Assembly: GCA_964458565.1 (NCBI GenBank)
Contig: CAYWJO010000071.1
Span: 1 to 10,812, forward strand
Source: an uncultured archaeon
GTDB taxonomy: Archaea > Asgardarchaeota > Thorarchaeia > Thorarchaeales > Thorarchaeaceae
Length of the DNA stretch: 10,812 bases
Reading direction: 5' to 3'
This document shows positions 10,060-10,812 of this stretch, piece by piece. A program made the translations under genes and the position numbers. A model generated the notes under the pieces. It had not been told where the DNA came from and did not search any database. It saw only the letters and a list, made by a program, of their open reading frames with translations. Within the stretch, counting starts at the first letter, position 1; the number at the start of each line of letters is the position of its first letter.

Positions 10060-10811
10060 AGTTTGAATATTTCTGCAAGTAAAATTACTCGCCTTCTGAA
10101 GTCAGGATGATCCATCAGCATTACATTCATACCAACCTCACTGTCAAACATCAGCTTGTTGGGATTATCTCGAAGAAGTTTGATAAAGTCAATCAACTCT
10201 TCATCCGATAGGCGACGATCACCATCATAATCTGCTGCACGCCAATCGACTACCTTCCCTTTCTTTGATTTATCAACTGGAGTCTCAAGTTTTCTTTTCT
10301 TACGCAATTCTTCTACTGCGGGGGCAACTGAATCTGCTATCTGCTGGTCTGTAAGTCCGACACCATAGACATCTCTGAGCATTGCTAATTTTGTAGTTAG
10401 ATACAGGTCAGGAGCGTAACTTTTAGCATTATTCTCATCGATATCATCTAATGGATAGGAACTCATAATCCGGGTCAATTCAGATGTGCTAATAGTTCCG
10501 ACTCGTTCAGGATTGAGTGATTCTAACCATTTAATCTCGCTAATCAGTACCGACATAGCCTCTACTCTCTGACCCAGACGAATCAATGCATTAATCATAA
10601 TTGATGGACTTGTCACCCTTGCTGCATAAATGTCCGAAAGCAACTCAGCGTTTCGTGATGCCTTTTGCAGGAAATATCTACTGATGAATACCATTAATCG
10701 CGATAGAGCAAAGAAGCTAAGCAATATGATTGCTCTGATTAGAGCTTGACCAAGATCCCCTACAACGAGTGAAGTTGCCGCGCCAAGGAATACACGGATG
10801 TAAACATATAG
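10056..10811 (-). CDS. M48 (HtpX/Ste24-like) membrane zinc metalloprotease, C-terminal part with an EF-hand-like insertion (5' end outside the window)
   Basis: The frame is open to the window edge (LYVYIRVFLGAATSLVVGDLGQALIRAIILLSFF...). TM helices are followed by SRNAELLSDIYAA (M48 SRxxExxAD motif), P..MINALIRL and a terminal HPDFRRRV (HP...RI motif). The HExxH motif is not in the window. Confidence 0.75.
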   Translation of the reverse strand, partial: LYVYIRVFLGAATSLVVGDLGQALIRAIILLSFFALSRLMVFISRYFLQKASRNAELLSDIYAARVTSPSIMINALIRLGQRVEAMSVLISEIKWLESLNPERVGTISTSELTRIMSSYPLDDIDENNAKSYAPDLYLTTKLAMLRDVYGVGLTDQQIADSVAPAVEELRKKRKLETPVDKSKKGKVVDWRAADYDGDRRLSDEELIDFIKLLRDNPNKLMFDSEVGMNVMLMDHPDFRRRVILLAEIFKL

Positions 10812-10812
10812 G

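Overview
AT-rich, gene-dense chromosomal window that looks archaeal. It is probably Asgard or Thorarchaeota-like, an inference from protein styles rather than from a marker gene. In order it contains: two tandem ABC-2 type exporter permeases (the first cut by the window edge); a 284-bp convergent intergenic region rich in inverted repeats; a minus-strand membrane-anchored right-handed beta-helix (NosD/CASH-like) gene; a stand-alone EF-Tu domain II/peptidase U32 C-terminal-like beta-barrel protein; a bacterial-type NAD+-dependent DNA ligase (LigA/LigN); a REC-PAS-GAF-PAS-PAS-PAS-HisKA-HATPase hybrid kinase; a DHA2 (EmrB/QacA) MFS transporter; and the 3' part of a minus-strand M48/HtpX-like membrane metalloprotease. 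The beta-helix gene is longer than the ORF track shows (1396-2724) and is interrupted by one in-frame TGA right after its N-terminal anchor. The most notable oddities are that TGA (no gene here ends in TGA), an EF-hand-containing insertion in the M48 protease, a NifL-like flavin-type PAS in the kinase, and an NAD-ligase in an apparently archaeal context. No mobile element, CRISPR array, rRNA or tRNA was seen, and no complete new multi-gene system could be supported.
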